DNA of 58,579 nt, from the IMG/VR virus record IMGVR_UViG_3300042197_001846, positions 1 to 58,579 of that record; one strand, given 5' to 3'. Within the stretch, counting starts at the first letter, position 1, and each line of letters opens with the position of its first letter. A program made the position numbers and the translations under genes. This DNA is from a virus. Its lineage: Duplodnaviria > Caudoviricetes. A model generated the notes under the pieces. That model did no database searches, was not told the DNA's origin, and saw only the letters and a list, made by a program, of their open reading frames with translations. Below are positions 23,201 to 33,481 of the stretch, piece after piece.

Positions 23201-26200
23201 CAAAAAGAAATAAGTCCCCTGCATCTGCTAAATTTACACTTGTTCCTGATTTAACTCCAATTCCAGCACCAGTTAATGCAAATTTTTGGTATAGTCCGTT
23301 TGTTAAAGTTATATTTCCTGCACTACTAGTAGCATCAGCCCCTACATTTTTGTATTTAAACCAGTTACTACCAATTTCTGTAACTACAGCATTAGTAGTA
23401 TTTAAACTACTGTCGCTGACACCACTAATTACTAGTACATCATTTATACTAAAAGGATGTAAAGTATCTGTTGTCGTTATTGTTACTATGTTATTGTTTC
23501 TGCTAATGTTAGATAGCGTAAAATTTGTTTTAATATTTGCTATAGTATTTTCTAGTGGATAACTGTTGCTTCTTACTCTTACTTGATATTGTTTTGCTGG
23601 ATTAATTAGTAATGCTTCATCTGCTACATAAGTATTTGCATCTAGTCTAGCTTTTATTCTGCCGCTGCCTGTTCCCCACATAGGTACTTCATGGGTAACT
23701 GTTACTCTATCTCCTCTATTACATATAATGTACTCAATATCGGTATTAATAGTATAGGCTTCTCTACGTAGTATAGCTTGAGCCATATGCCATTTAGCAT
23801 GGTCTATTACCAGCGATTTTTTTGTTACTCCAGGTAATTCTATAGCTTCAAATATTTCACTATTATTTTCAGTTTTTCCTGCATTATATACAATAATTTC
23901 GGACTGCTTATAATCCTCGTCTTCATCAAAATATGTAACACGTAATCCATCAGGTAATTTTGCTAAAGCTCTGGTGCTTTCAAATCCCCAACTGTTATGT
24001 TGACTAAAATGTTGAACAATATTTGTTTTTGGTTCATCAATAACAATTGTCCATTTTCCATCCATTAACGTAGGGCTAGCTCTACCAGCAGCACATATAT
24101 CTCTTAATATATCTAAAAGGCTACGCTGGCCCGCAATAACTGCGTTATAAGTAAATCCTTTGTTAGCGCAATAATAATGCCAGTACTGTAATCTTACTAA
24201 ATCTACTCTATTTTCAATCTCGGACCATAATATTCTGCGAGGATTAGCGGCACTTAATAAAACGTGTATAAATAAACTTGCAGGGTTATTTATACTTGCT
24301 AACTGCCATGCTGGTTTATTAATTGTACCCCAGGTAGCTCCTCCAGTCCAATCATATCCATATGCTTGGACTACAGCATTTATACCCTCTAATTGACCGT
24401 TTAATTCTTGACTAGATTTTAACCTAAGTGCAGTTTTTGTTAATTGTGAATTTGCAGGATCTTTTATGGGTGCAGCAACTCGTCTTGCTGTTAAAGAAAG
24501 TAAATTTACTTGATGAGAAAATCTCCAATCTTTTGCCCTTTTAATATTGCTAGAGTCTGATTGGATCCATTTGCCACCAAGTGTAGCTTCACATGCTGCT
24601 CTAGTAGTTTTTGACGTATCTAAAATGTCTTCATAATAAGATCCGCCGCTATATGAATCTGTTGCTAGAGTGCTTACGTAGCAAGCACCGGATCCAGCTA
24701 CAAAAGAATTCCATTCAGTTGTGCCTTCTGAAGGAGCATCGCTCCAGGCACCAGTAAGTCTAGTTAGTCCAATTTGAATACTATTTCTACCTGTTCCAGC
24801 AGGAAGCTGTAATTCAAAAGTTTTAGTAAAAGCATCCTTTTTTTGTTCACTACCGAATGCTACTACACCGTTAGCGTCTGCTCCTGGAATAGTTGTAATA
24901 GGTTGCCATCCACTACCAGTATTCCATTCAAACTTAACTTGTACTGGATAACTACCGCCGTTGGTATCTGTTACAGCAAAACTTTTACCTGCATCTTTGC
25001 CACTAGCTAATATTTTTCTTAGTCCTTGTGGAAAGTGAACAGCTATTTGGATACTTGTGTATGGTTCTTGTGTGCTGCCTAAATTGGGTACACTGGCTTC
25101 AATACGAGATGGACTAGCCACACTTCCTGCAAAAGGATGTGTGTCATTTGGTAGTTCTTGGTTTTTATATACTTGCGCTATATCCTGGCCATATATATCA
25201 TTAAGGTTGGATAAATTATTAGCTATTCCATTAAAATTATGATGTTGTATTTTATCTACAACATAATTACTAATATCTATTTCGCCTATTCTAAGTGTAT
25301 TAGGTATTAATGATAACGGTCCATAGCCCCAAACTAATAATGAAGATAAATAAGTATCGCGATCATTTTGAAAAGATACAAAGTTTACAGCGCCAATAGG
25401 AGGCGTTATGCGCATTTTTCCTAAAACTATAGGTATGGCTTCATAAGGCGTGGCTCTATTTTGATTGCCTGTAGCCATTAATTGTGCTTCGGCACTTCCA
25501 GGATCAGTTTGATTAGATGTTGGCGGTCTAATAGGGGCTATTGCATTAACAAGAGCTGCACCTGCTATACTAACACCTGCAGTCATTATTGCTCCGACAA
25601 CAGTTTTGGAAAAAGCTGATGCTGCAGCTACATTACCAAATGCTGCAAAAGATCCTTGAGAAATAGCATAAGCTATTTGAGGAGCGTATATACTAATTAC
25701 AATTATAGCAATAAATGCAAAAATTCTTTTTGCACTTCCACCTCTAGCAAGTGCTCTATACTCTACTTTGTCGGTATCTTGTAGAACAAAAGTTGTCCAT
25801 CGATCTTGTTCTACTACTTGCCCATTAACAATAATTATAATTTTTTCTACAAGTTTTGTACTTACCTTCCATTTATCAAATAGCCAAGTAGAGACTTCTT
25901 GTAAAGTAGTTCCCGCAGGAATTGGTAAATTATAACTTTGTGTTCGTAAGGGGTGAGGAACAGCGTTAAGTATTGCATACTTTTCTGCACTATAATTATA
26001 AAAACCTAATATTCGATCTTTCCATCTGTGGCTAGAAATACTTTCTATAGTACTTGTACTGTCTTCATTTACATGTAAGAATTGAGTAGTATTAACTAAT
26101 ACTCCTACATGAGTACCTCGACCCATCATTCTAAATAATACTATTGATCCTTCCTTAGGCTCCTTTGTTTCCGTCCAGCCTTCACGATATTGATTAATTA

Positions 26201-26372
26201 ATTCTTCTAATCGTTCTATATCACTGGTAGTATAGTATTCGGTTGAAAAGCTTGGTAAATTTATATTAAATTCATTTTTATAAACAAGACGAACTAACCC
26301 CCAGCAATCTACGCCATTGCTATCTCTACCGCCATCTTTAAAAGGTATACCAATATATTTATTTGACCACAT
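20214..26372 (-). CDS. Tail tip/host specificity protein J-like with N-terminal NlpC/P60 and lambda-I-like domains
   Basis: YIGIPF..GGRD..GVDCWGLV...THVG at the N-terminus; J-like core (PYEAIPIVLG, RGDRVTVTH); C-terminal YIDQAYIANATITTAKI repeats. Confidence 0.85.
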   Translation of the reverse strand: MWSNKYIGIPFKDGGRDSNGVDCWGLVRLVYKNEFNINLPSFSTEYYTTSDIERLEELINQYREGWTETKEPKEGSIVLFRMMGRGTHVGVLVNTTQFLHVNEDSTSTIESISSHRWKDRILGFYNYSAEKYAILNAVPHPLRTQSYNLPIPAGTTLQEVSTWLFDKWKVSTKLVEKIIIIVNGQVVEQDRWTTFVLQDTDKVEYRALARGGSAKRIFAFIAIIVISIYAPQIAYAISQGSFAAFGNVAAASAFSKTVVGAIMTAGVSIAGAALVNAIAPIRPPTSNQTDPGSAEAQLMATGNQNRATPYEAIPIVLGKMRITPPIGAVNFVSFQNDRDTYLSSLLVWGYGPLSLIPNTLRIGEIDISNYVVDKIQHHNFNGIANNLSNLNDIYGQDIAQVYKNQELPNDTHPFAGSVASPSRIEASVPNLGSTQEPYTSIQIAVHFPQGLRKILASGKDAGKSFAVTDTNGGSYPVQVKFEWNTGSGWQPITTIPGADANGVVAFGSEQKKDAFTKTFELQLPAGTGRNSIQIGLTRLTGAWSDAPSEGTTEWNSFVAGSGACYVSTLATDSYSGGSYYEDILDTSKTTRAACEATLGGKWIQSDSSNIKRAKDWRFSHQVNLLSLTARRVAAPIKDPANSQLTKTALRLKSSQELNGQLEGINAVVQAYGYDWTGGATWGTINKPAWQLASINNPASLFIHVLLSAANPRRILWSEIENRVDLVRLQYWHYYCANKGFTYNAVIAGQRSLLDILRDICAAGRASPTLMDGKWTIVIDEPKTNIVQHFSQHNSWGFESTRALAKLPDGLRVTYFDEDEDYKQSEIIVYNAGKTENNSEIFEAIELPGVTKKSLVIDHAKWHMAQAILRREAYTINTDIEYIICNRGDRVTVTHEVPMWGTGSGRIKARLDANTYVADEALLINPAKQYQVRVRSNSYPLENTIANIKTNFTLSNISRNNNIVTITTTDTLHPFSINDVLVISGVSDSSLNTTNAVVTEIGSNWFKYKNVGADATSSAGNITLTNGLYQKFALTGAGIGVKSGTSVNLADAGDLFLFGELNKVSNDLVVISIEPNSSKTARISLVDYGVTNSYNIFTDYLTLTSVNTFETNITLPGSLTGFKLTDKPVITSIVSDDTVALLLSEGIYSYRIQVNYANFSITGEAFNTAQTAITGLPNNVAEVECQYDLASAPTGNEKSIRVKYDANSIYINDAEVGKTYRIRLRYISSNGSQGPWTAYQNHTVTGKDSNYGEVDAILVKRVGKLLELTPVMTPMPNDFREFEIRVYKDSGYGDFWNTIPATTPTGTDLTSGVVKVIRTTGPTTVDLTTFDRPRISQAGVQYRIACRAIDRAGNYTDNSALGYILIQNIQPHAPVAGVPPQANYKLTPGVGSFSINVDQPIVNGQLRDDVAGIKLWLSTTNGFTPNSSTLRVNSQGLQATITDLPVEVVHYLKYAIVSTIDPNDPSDGSITLSNQIPVLPKWSLDGVDTTPPPTPGTVTVTPDNSGKIVVSPVISNVLVSIEDPNEITYNNPTYADGSTSKLYTTQISTTHKQTVIFGRALGDTEDATTVTFSSVAGKPLGFFEGLVGSFPAEPGTRYKLWFKYQTKADVLSINPSNSVVIETGQDVKKLLHILSGKISEGQLYQSLGKRIDKVDRGEAPVAVEVEQLKDQWSVRIDNGGHISGFGLSSTRPYPGATPQSEFGIRADTFFIAPPAEVSATAPTGDNFMGRIWVDTSTPIEGIVSGVSAWHKVYKPDIHNAKVWPNVSQLQVWELKTDEEISRMPAPAPLGLGITPVNRGIWSVTASYAVNDYVTLDTQDSQNHRDYYICKIAYSPVTFTLSTKLHPDFSTDSTKVGFFTGISPAINETIYVNGVETGTPRIGPSYNSNGTFYYVISGGSPFQLSKSAGGNPIINNTKATVKYWKATTGGGGSWVTNSNLITYPFIVKTTSEVIDGVTVPAGVYIDQAYIANATITTAKIANAAIETAKIKDLAVGNAKISDLNATKITAGFIDAARIQAGTITADKLQVGLIIQSTDGKFVIDFGNKFIKIEV

Positions 26373-26953
26373 TAGAATAACCCTGGAAAATATGCTGGAG
26401 TAAATGTATGTTGAGGAAATGGCTCTCTATCATAATTTATCATTGATAAATCAGCAGTAACCGTGTCCTTATTATACGTTATATTATAAATATAAAAATC
26501 AGTAAATACTACCTCTGGTATGTTTGGAGTACTACTAAGAATAATTTCTAATTTTACTTTTGGTGGACCATTGATGGATCTTATAAGGGGAGTAAGATAT
26601 TGTGTAACATCATATATTACAATACTGGCTCTTGAAGACCTACCATCTGTTTCATCAGGTAAAGTTATTTCTAGAGGTAAGTATAAGTAATTTTCGCCTC
26701 TACTAACAACTCCATATATAATATCGTCATCGTCTGTACTATAAGTAGCTGCTCCTCCAGTACTAGCATCACCGATTACTACGGAAGATGAAAGTCTTTG
26801 TATAAATCCATCAGCTAATCTAGCTACTATTTGAGTTTCATCGTCAGGATCATAAATAGTTAATAAAATAATTAAATCATCACCACTTTCAGGAGCTAAT
26901 ACTGCTCTAATAGCGGCTGGTGTCATAGGCGTTGCGGACTCTAACCTACTCAT
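26372..26953 (-). CDS. Minor tail protein (DUF1833-like)
   Basis: LLTI...SRGENYLYLPLEITLPD...EPFP..TFTPAYFPGLF; lies between the distal tail gene and the NlpC/J gene. Confidence 0.75.
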   Translation of the reverse strand: MSRLESATPMTPAAIRAVLAPESGDDLIILLTIYDPDDETQIVARLADGFIQRLSSSVVIGDASTGGAATYSTDDDDIIYGVVSRGENYLYLPLEITLPDETDGRSSRASIVIYDVTQYLTPLIRSINGPPKVKLEIILSSTPNIPEVVFTDFYIYNITYNKDTVTADLSMINYDREPFPQHTFTPAYFPGLF

Positions 26954-27318
26954 GGTAGTACTTCCATTTGCATATCTACGTTATAGTAGCCTGGTGCTAA
27001 ATAAGTTAAAGTAAATAACTGGCCTTCGCCAGTAGGAAGTATTCGAACATCTTCATTGACGCCGGTTCTAGGATGTAGAAAATTAAATCTAAATATCCCT
27101 TTAATAGTATTATATATAAAATTTTCTAATATTTGTACTTGGTCATTTGTCATCAAGAAGGTCATATTAATAACTTTGGGAATTTGTCCAATTCTACGCA
27201 TCTTTGGCAGACCTTTTTCGGTAGGAGTTCTACTAAGTAGAACTCCTCCTGTTTCTGTAAAACCTTTTAAGGGTGTCTGTGGTAGGTCTGTTGGCCAAGT
27301 ATAACTAGATGTAGCCAT
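26950..27318 (-). CDS. Distal tail/minor tail protein
   Basis: WP..LPQ.P...G.PK.RR...F.F.HP; immediately downstream of the tape measure gene. Confidence 0.7.
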   Translation of the reverse strand: MATSSYTWPTDLPQTPLKGFTETGGVLLSRTPTEKGLPKMRRIGQIPKVINMTFLMTNDQVQILENFIYNTIKGIFRFNFLHPRTGVNEDVRILPTGEGQLFTLTYLAPGYYNVDMQMEVLP

Positions 27319-27320
27319 TA

Positions 27321-30300
27321 TTATCTCCTAATTAATGTTGGCTGTATACCAAACGTACTAGATATAGCTTGTCTCGTAGATCCACCGCTTCTAGTAATTT
27401 CTGAGCTTGCCATCTCGCCGATTATTAGCTCAACTCTTCTATTACCTTGACTATCTGTAGTTTCTTTTTGCTGTACTTGTTGTCCACTGTAGTTATGTAT
27501 ATCTATTTTAACATTCCCTCTACTTGATTTTTCGTGTTCTGGATCTCTATAATCGTTTCTCATTTTTACACCAAGAGCACCATCTTTCATACGACTTAAA
27601 GGCATTATTGCTTCTGGACCTGCTTCTCCCATTAAACCTAATCCATCAGCAGCTTTAAATAAGGTAGGTTTATTTACAATTTTATTTGTAAACATTCCCC
27701 CTTTAGCGTATCCTGGTATACTATATTCTCTAGTATAATCCATGGCTCCGCCCATGGCATATTTACGTATTCCTGCATCAAATGCTCCGCCCATTGCCAT
27801 AGCTCCACCACCCTGAGCAGCTATAGGTGTACCAAATAAATTACTAAATAAATTACCTAATAATGGTTTTAGTGCATTTACATATAATGCGTGCATTTGT
27901 AAGCGCATTTCATAACGTAATATATCTTGCAAGAAGCTGTTAATTACATCTTTAAAAGCACCTTTACCAGTAGTTGCCCAATTAACAATTGCATCTGCCA
28001 TACCATCAAACATTTTTTCAAACTCATTAGCAAAATTTTTGAACCTATCTGGAACCATAACACTACGTTCTACTAATTCCTTAGCATTTTCAGCGCGTCG
28101 TACTACCATATTACGTCTAGCATCTAGGTTTGCCAAATCTTGCTCAGCCTTAATTACAGAAGGATCAGTTTTGGGATCTACCTTTTCAACCCCTTCAGCA
28201 GCTCTTTTAGCGGCAGCTAATGCTAATTCTAGTCGTACCTTTTCAGCAGCTATATCGCGCAATTCACGTTCGACATTAAGGTCTATTTGTTTAATTTGTA
28301 AGTTAGCACTAAGCCTATTTTTCTCATCTTGAGTATACATACCTAAACTATCAAGAATATCAAATCGTTGTTGGTCTATGGCAAGCTCATGTGACTTTAG
28401 TTCCGCTATACTTTCGTAAATTAATTTCTCGGCCTCTAACTGACTTAATCGTAATGCATCTTGCTCAGCAATTTGTTTAGTAGTTAAATTGGAATCTTCT
28501 ACTGATCTAGTAATAGCTTCTACTGCTTTTCTAACGGCTTCATTTGCCTGTATTTGTTCTCTTGTTTTATCAACTATTTGACTTAGCGAAGCTAATCTGG
28601 CCTGATCACCTGCACTTATTTGCCCATCTACTCCATACTGTTTTACAAGGTCTTCTCTGAAAACGTTCAATCGACCTTCTTCTTCTGCTAGAGTTTTTGC
28701 TTCGCCGGCCCTTTCTCTGCCCATTTGCAGTCCACGCAACCTTCTATCTTGGTCTTGCCTCATGCGTTCTGATTCAGAAGTAGTACCTGTTATAGCACTT
28801 TTTCTTGCGTTAGCTAATTTTATTTCTCTGTCAAGCGTACGTTCTGTAATTTGCAAATTATAGGCAGCTTGTTTGCCTTGTTCTTCTAAGGCTGTTTTTT
28901 GAGCTAACAGTTCTTTTTTACGACTACGCTCTAGTTCAATTTGACCGGTTTTTTCTGCAAACTGTGTTCCTACTTGTGTGGGATCTTGGCCGGCTTTAAG
29001 TGCCATATCTCTAGCAGTTTGTGCTCGCTGTAAAGCCGCATCTGCTGCTTGATCTATTAACTTATATTGCTCTTGTAGTACAGTTTGAACTAAATCTAAT
29101 TGAGCCCCAAGTCTTTCAGGAGTATCACTGCCTATAGCCCCGATAATATTACTTAACTTATCAAATTCAAATTGTATTTTATCTGTTTGACGTTTGGCTT
29201 CAATGTCTAGTATTTTTATTGCAGCGTCAAAATCAATAGATAATTTTTTAGCTGCAGCATTTGCTACACCTAAAGCAGTTTTAGTTCTTCTTTCCTGTAT
29301 AGCTAGCAAATCAGTATTTTCTGGTATTTGTTTTTGTAGTTCTTGAAGTTGTGCATCAAAACTTTTTTGTGTTGTGCCAGAAGTAAATTTACCACCAGTT
29401 TCTAAAAATTGTTTCTTTAGCTCTCTGGCACGCATGCCTTGCTGTATTTTTTCACCAGCATCACTAACAATTCCTTCTCCTGATGTTACTTTGCGCAGCG
29501 CTTCTCTATCTTTAGCATCTTGAATTTCAAGACGTAATAATTCTATTCTATCAGCTAATCTATCTTGACTGGTAATTAACTCTAGTTCTACATCAACCTG
29601 TCTTTTTGATATATCTGCTACAGCTTTAGTACCGCTAACTGTATCTGCAAAACCTTTACTAACAATGTCTTTTTGTGACTGTAATTGTACTTGTGCTAAT
29701 TTAAGTTTAAATTGTTCTATACTAGCAGCTACTTGTTCTGCTATGCTTCGTTTAATAAAGGTTTCAGCTTCTTTGCCTAGTGCTTGAATTTCGTTTCGTA
29801 TTTTTTCAACGCCTTGTTCTTGTGCAGATACTATTCGTTGTTGTGCTGCTATTTGTTCATCTAGCTCTCTTTTACCAGCATTAGTTAAATTTTTACTTTG
29901 TCTGCGTTTCTCTAAATCAGCTAATTTATCCCTAAAACCTTCTAATTGTTTTGCTGCACTTTCATACGCTGGTTTTAGTTCGTTAAATTGAAATATTAAA
30001 CTTTGAATATCTAGCGCGGCTGTGCCAAATAATGATAGGTCTGTATTACTTAATTTATCAAGTCCGGCGGCTACAGTAGTAAATGACTCGTCTGTTAGAG
30101 CTTTGTTTAATTCACCACTATATTTAATAGCACTAGAAAAGAAAGTAGTCATTGGGCTACTATCTTTCATGCTATTCATAAAACTAGCCATAGATTTTTC
30201 AGCTAAATCTCCGCTGTCTTTTAAGCCTTTTAAATATACGCTACTTTCTTGTACGCGTTTATTTACTTGACTAAGAGCAGACTCTACCTCGGCCATTTTA

Positions 30301-32540
30301 TCAGGGCCACCAGCCCCTACTGCTTCAGCAACATTTGTTGCTGTTAATCTTGAAGTAGGTATGTCTAATATTTGGGCGTATTGCTGTTTAAAAGCTTCTC
30401 TAGCCGGGCCAGCGGGTAAGGCCTCTATACTAGCCATTACTGCCTTTCCTAGTTGATTAGATAATTTTTCTCCCATACTATCAATGCCAGGAAGAAATCT
30501 TAAGAATCCTTCAACAAAATTGTCAAACCAACTACTTTCTGCTTTAAACTCATTAAATGCTTTTATAGAGTTTCTTACACTAGTAGTTAGTGAGTCTAAA
30601 CTATTTGCATACGCAATTGCTGCTTCTAAACTTAATGAACCTTCCCATTTTTTATTTGTATCTATTGCAGTTTTAGTAACATCTTCTAGTTGTTCTATGC
30701 TATCTTTTAACTTACTAGCACTTTTACTATTAGTACTAAATAAGCTATCTAGTACCTCAAATATTGAATAAGCTACGCCTAAATAACCAAAAAACCTACT
30801 TACAGCATTAAATAGTATGCCAAAGCCTTGAGCTAATGCTTGTATACTTCCTGTAACAATAGTAGTAGCTTTACCTAGGCCTGTCATGCTTTTATCAGCG
30901 CCAACAGTTTTTACGAGATTACCTATAGCTCCGCCTACACCTTCACTATATACATCCTTACTAACTTGTTCGCGAGCTTTTGCACCAGCATACTGTGCTT
31001 GAGCTTTTCTTACATTTTGTTCAATTTGCCAAGTTCTGGATAGTATAGTTGCTTCTTTATCCATTGCATTTTGAGTTAAATCATGAGCAATATTAATTTT
31101 AGTTTGAATATCAAGTATACGCTTTTCAATGTCTAGTACCGCTTGGGCTTTCATGGCTTTTTGTTTTTGCAAATCATTGCCACGAGTTAGTTGATTGTTT
31201 ATTTTAGCTTCTTCTGTTTGAATTTCTTTAGCTGTACGTATTCGCTGATTATCAGGATCATACCCACTACTTCTAAAACCTTTACCGCCCATACCAGCTA
31301 ATTCACGCTTAGCAGTTTCAAGCTGTTTTTCTAGTTCTGGTAAGCCGGCTTTTTGTTGCGCTTTAGTAACTAAATTTTCTTGAAAAGCGGTACCTATATC
31401 TTCTAAGTTAGCTTTTGCACGTTGAGCACTTGCTGTAAGACTTTTTTGCCAATTACCTAGTGCAGGTATGGCTTGTTGTGTAATTTTTACAGCGGCCAGC
31501 GCTATAGCTGCACCTATTAGGCCTGTGTTATCTGCCAGTACTTTAGCTATAGGGCCTACTACAGTATTTACTACTTTTAATATATCTTGTGCGGTATTTT
31601 TAAGTTCAGCTAACAATTTATCATAGGGATTGCCTTCTTGTGCAATTTCACCAAACTTTTTACGACCTTCCTCTAGCACTGCATTGGCAAATGCTTGGCG
31701 ACGTTCAAAATCTGTTAGTTGGCTTTCTGTTTTACCAACTTTACGTGCATAATCTTCAGCTGCTTTACCGGTTTTAGTAAATAAACCTAGTTCGTCCAAT
31801 AGTTCTGGTTCTAGTTTAACAATACCGCGACTAAGCCTGCTAACGGCATCACTCATGTTAACACCAAGTGCCTGACTAGCACCTTTTGCTACTTCAGCAA
31901 CAGCTAAAATTTGGTCGCGACCTAATCCAGCAGAACTAGCTTTTGTTACTGCTTCGGCTGCTTCGCGAAAACTAACCATGCCATCAGTAGCAGCTACAAA
32001 GCTTTTACTCATGCTTACTAAACTTTGACCTGTAGCGGCTCCTAGCTGTTCCATGCCACGTACCATAATTTCAGTACTCATAGCTTCACGTAGTGCAGTA
32101 AATGCGGCACTTACGGCAAATACGTTTGCAGCATAGGTAGCATATAGTCTAACTAGCCCGCCTAAGCCTTGAGCTTCAGCGGCAAAGTCACGTGCACCAG
32201 CTCCTCCACGACCACTGACTCCGCCAGCAGTTGTATAATCATCCATGGAAGTAGTGCCATATGCAGCACGTCTAGGAGTTGGACGTGTTTGATCACGTGT
32301 ACTATCCTGCATACCTGTACTAACAACAGTGCGCTGTAGTCTAACGGTTGAATCTGGTGCTTCTGTAGCGCGCAAGGCTTGTGCTCCGGTTTTGGTTCCG
32401 GTAGCAGGGATTCCTCCACTAGCTAATTTTTGTGTTTTATCTAGCTTGTTATTTAAATTTTCTACTTCAGCAGTTCGTTTTTTAATAGTACCTTGCTGAT
32501 CTAACAAACTAAGATTAATATTTACTTGATTTTCTGCCAT
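27321..32540 (-). CDS. Tape measure protein (T5 pb2-like N-terminus, lambda-H-like C-terminus)
   Basis: 1739 aa, helical; ARDFAA.AQGLGGLV..YA..AANVFA, KLEPELLDELG; C-terminal GEAGPEAIMPL. Confidence 0.9.
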   Translation of the reverse strand: MAENQVNINLSLLDQQGTIKKRTAEVENLNNKLDKTQKLASGGIPATGTKTGAQALRATEAPDSTVRLQRTVVSTGMQDSTRDQTRPTPRRAAYGTTSMDDYTTAGGVSGRGGAGARDFAAEAQGLGGLVRLYATYAANVFAVSAAFTALREAMSTEIMVRGMEQLGAATGQSLVSMSKSFVAATDGMVSFREAAEAVTKASSAGLGRDQILAVAEVAKGASQALGVNMSDAVSRLSRGIVKLEPELLDELGLFTKTGKAAEDYARKVGKTESQLTDFERRQAFANAVLEEGRKKFGEIAQEGNPYDKLLAELKNTAQDILKVVNTVVGPIAKVLADNTGLIGAAIALAAVKITQQAIPALGNWQKSLTASAQRAKANLEDIGTAFQENLVTKAQQKAGLPELEKQLETAKRELAGMGGKGFRSSGYDPDNQRIRTAKEIQTEEAKINNQLTRGNDLQKQKAMKAQAVLDIEKRILDIQTKINIAHDLTQNAMDKEATILSRTWQIEQNVRKAQAQYAGAKAREQVSKDVYSEGVGGAIGNLVKTVGADKSMTGLGKATTIVTGSIQALAQGFGILFNAVSRFFGYLGVAYSIFEVLDSLFSTNSKSASKLKDSIEQLEDVTKTAIDTNKKWEGSLSLEAAIAYANSLDSLTTSVRNSIKAFNEFKAESSWFDNFVEGFLRFLPGIDSMGEKLSNQLGKAVMASIEALPAGPAREAFKQQYAQILDIPTSRLTATNVAEAVGAGGPDKMAEVESALSQVNKRVQESSVYLKGLKDSGDLAEKSMASFMNSMKDSSPMTTFFSSAIKYSGELNKALTDESFTTVAAGLDKLSNTDLSLFGTAALDIQSLIFQFNELKPAYESAAKQLEGFRDKLADLEKRRQSKNLTNAGKRELDEQIAAQQRIVSAQEQGVEKIRNEIQALGKEAETFIKRSIAEQVAASIEQFKLKLAQVQLQSQKDIVSKGFADTVSGTKAVADISKRQVDVELELITSQDRLADRIELLRLEIQDAKDREALRKVTSGEGIVSDAGEKIQQGMRARELKKQFLETGGKFTSGTTQKSFDAQLQELQKQIPENTDLLAIQERRTKTALGVANAAAKKLSIDFDAAIKILDIEAKRQTDKIQFEFDKLSNIIGAIGSDTPERLGAQLDLVQTVLQEQYKLIDQAADAALQRAQTARDMALKAGQDPTQVGTQFAEKTGQIELERSRKKELLAQKTALEEQGKQAAYNLQITERTLDREIKLANARKSAITGTTSESERMRQDQDRRLRGLQMGRERAGEAKTLAEEEGRLNVFREDLVKQYGVDGQISAGDQARLASLSQIVDKTREQIQANEAVRKAVEAITRSVEDSNLTTKQIAEQDALRLSQLEAEKLIYESIAELKSHELAIDQQRFDILDSLGMYTQDEKNRLSANLQIKQIDLNVERELRDIAAEKVRLELALAAAKRAAEGVEKVDPKTDPSVIKAEQDLANLDARRNMVVRRAENAKELVERSVMVPDRFKNFANEFEKMFDGMADAIVNWATTGKGAFKDVINSFLQDILRYEMRLQMHALYVNALKPLLGNLFSNLFGTPIAAQGGGAMAMGGAFDAGIRKYAMGGAMDYTREYSIPGYAKGGMFTNKIVNKPTLFKAADGLGLMGEAGPEAIMPLSRMKDGALGVKMRNDYRDPEHEKSSRGNVKIDIHNYSGQQVQQKETTDSQGNRRVELIIGEMASSEITRSGGSTRQAISSTFGIQPTLIRR

Positions 32541-32595
32541 AGCTACTCCACAGCACTTTGTTCTAGACTACACAACTTTGTGTAAGATTAAACCA

Positions 32596-32624
32596 ATTAT
32601 ATCACAAGGGGTTTGAAATGTCAA
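32596..32624 (-). promoter_or_regulatory. Perfect consensus sigma70 promoter TTGACA-N17-TATAAT upstream of the tape measure gene
   Basis: + strand ATTATA 32596-32601 and TGTCAA 32619-32624. Confidence 0.85.
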
Positions 32625-32659
32625 ACACAAAAATTTTTAGTAATAAAAAAGCCCACTAA

Positions 32660-33049
32660 CTACTGTTTAGCGGGCTTTTTCTGTTTTTCATTTAATATAT
32701 TGCTACGTATACCATCAATTATTCTAATAAGCGTTAGTATAATTTTATGTTCCTGTGGCTCAACTTCTGTATAGTGTAAAATTTCTGTTAGGCCAATATA
32801 ACTTTTACCTAAGTATATGCCATTAAATCCTTCCCAGTCATCTTTTAGCATACGGTAGACTAGTAATGCTTGTTGCACTTCTAGTGGTAAGTCGTCCAAT
32901 TCTACGGGTATTTCACTTTCAATTGGCTCTGTACCTAAGTGTTCACACATAGTGAAATAATCTTCTTTAGTCATACCAATTTCACTATTTGAAAAGTATC
33001 CTTTTAGCTGCTTTTCAACTACAGTTATTTGTTCTTCGAAAAGTTTCCC
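32660..33049 (-). CDS. Tail assembly chaperone, frameshifted (GT-type) C-terminal part
   Basis: The -1 frame from G GGA AAC (33043-33049) reads KLFEEQITVVEKQLKGYFSNSEIG into MTKEDY... with no stop. Confidence 0.8.
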   Translation of the reverse strand, partial: GKLFEEQITVVEKQLKGYFSNSEIGMTKEDYFTMCEHLGTEPIESEIPVELDDLPLEVQQALLVYRMLKDDWEGFNGIYLGKSYIGLTEILHYTEVEPQEHKIILTLIRIIDGIRSNILNEKQKKPAKQ

Positions 33050-33435
33050 AGGTCACTTACCTGTTCACTGACAAAACTATCAAAGTTAGTACTATTTTTC
33101 ATTAAATATAGCGCATTTTCTGCTGTATAATTAAGCTCACTTTCTGGATCTAAAGCACTGACGTCTACTGGAGCTAGCTGTTCTAAGTAACTAATTTTTA
33201 ATCCGCGCCAATTTTTAACAGCATTATCTACATATAATTTTAAAAATAGCTCATCGTCAAGTTCTTCTTGTGGCTGACGATTTTTAAATGTAGTTTTAGT
33301 TGCTTTTTTTCGAATATTAATAAGTGTTTCACGACTTAAAAAAGCTACATTAATAATAAATCCTGGCATACCAGGAAATTCTACTTCAACAGCTTTTGAT
33401 GGTACTAGTAAAGATTTTAAACTGAGTTCAGACAT
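33025..33435 (-). CDS. Tail assembly chaperone (G-type)
   Basis: T5-like sequence between tail tube and tape measure genes; ends at the slippery site (LGNF). Confidence 0.8.
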   Translation of the reverse strand: MSELSLKSLLVPSKAVEVEFPGMPGFIINVAFLSRETLINIRKKATKTTFKNRQPQEELDDELFLKLYVDNAVKNWRGLKISYLEQLAPVDVSALDPESELNYTAENALYLMKNSTNFDSFVSEQVSDLGNFSKNK

Positions 33436-33481
33436 ATTTATATTATTTGGTTAGTAGGGCTAGCTAATCTAGCCCTGTTGG

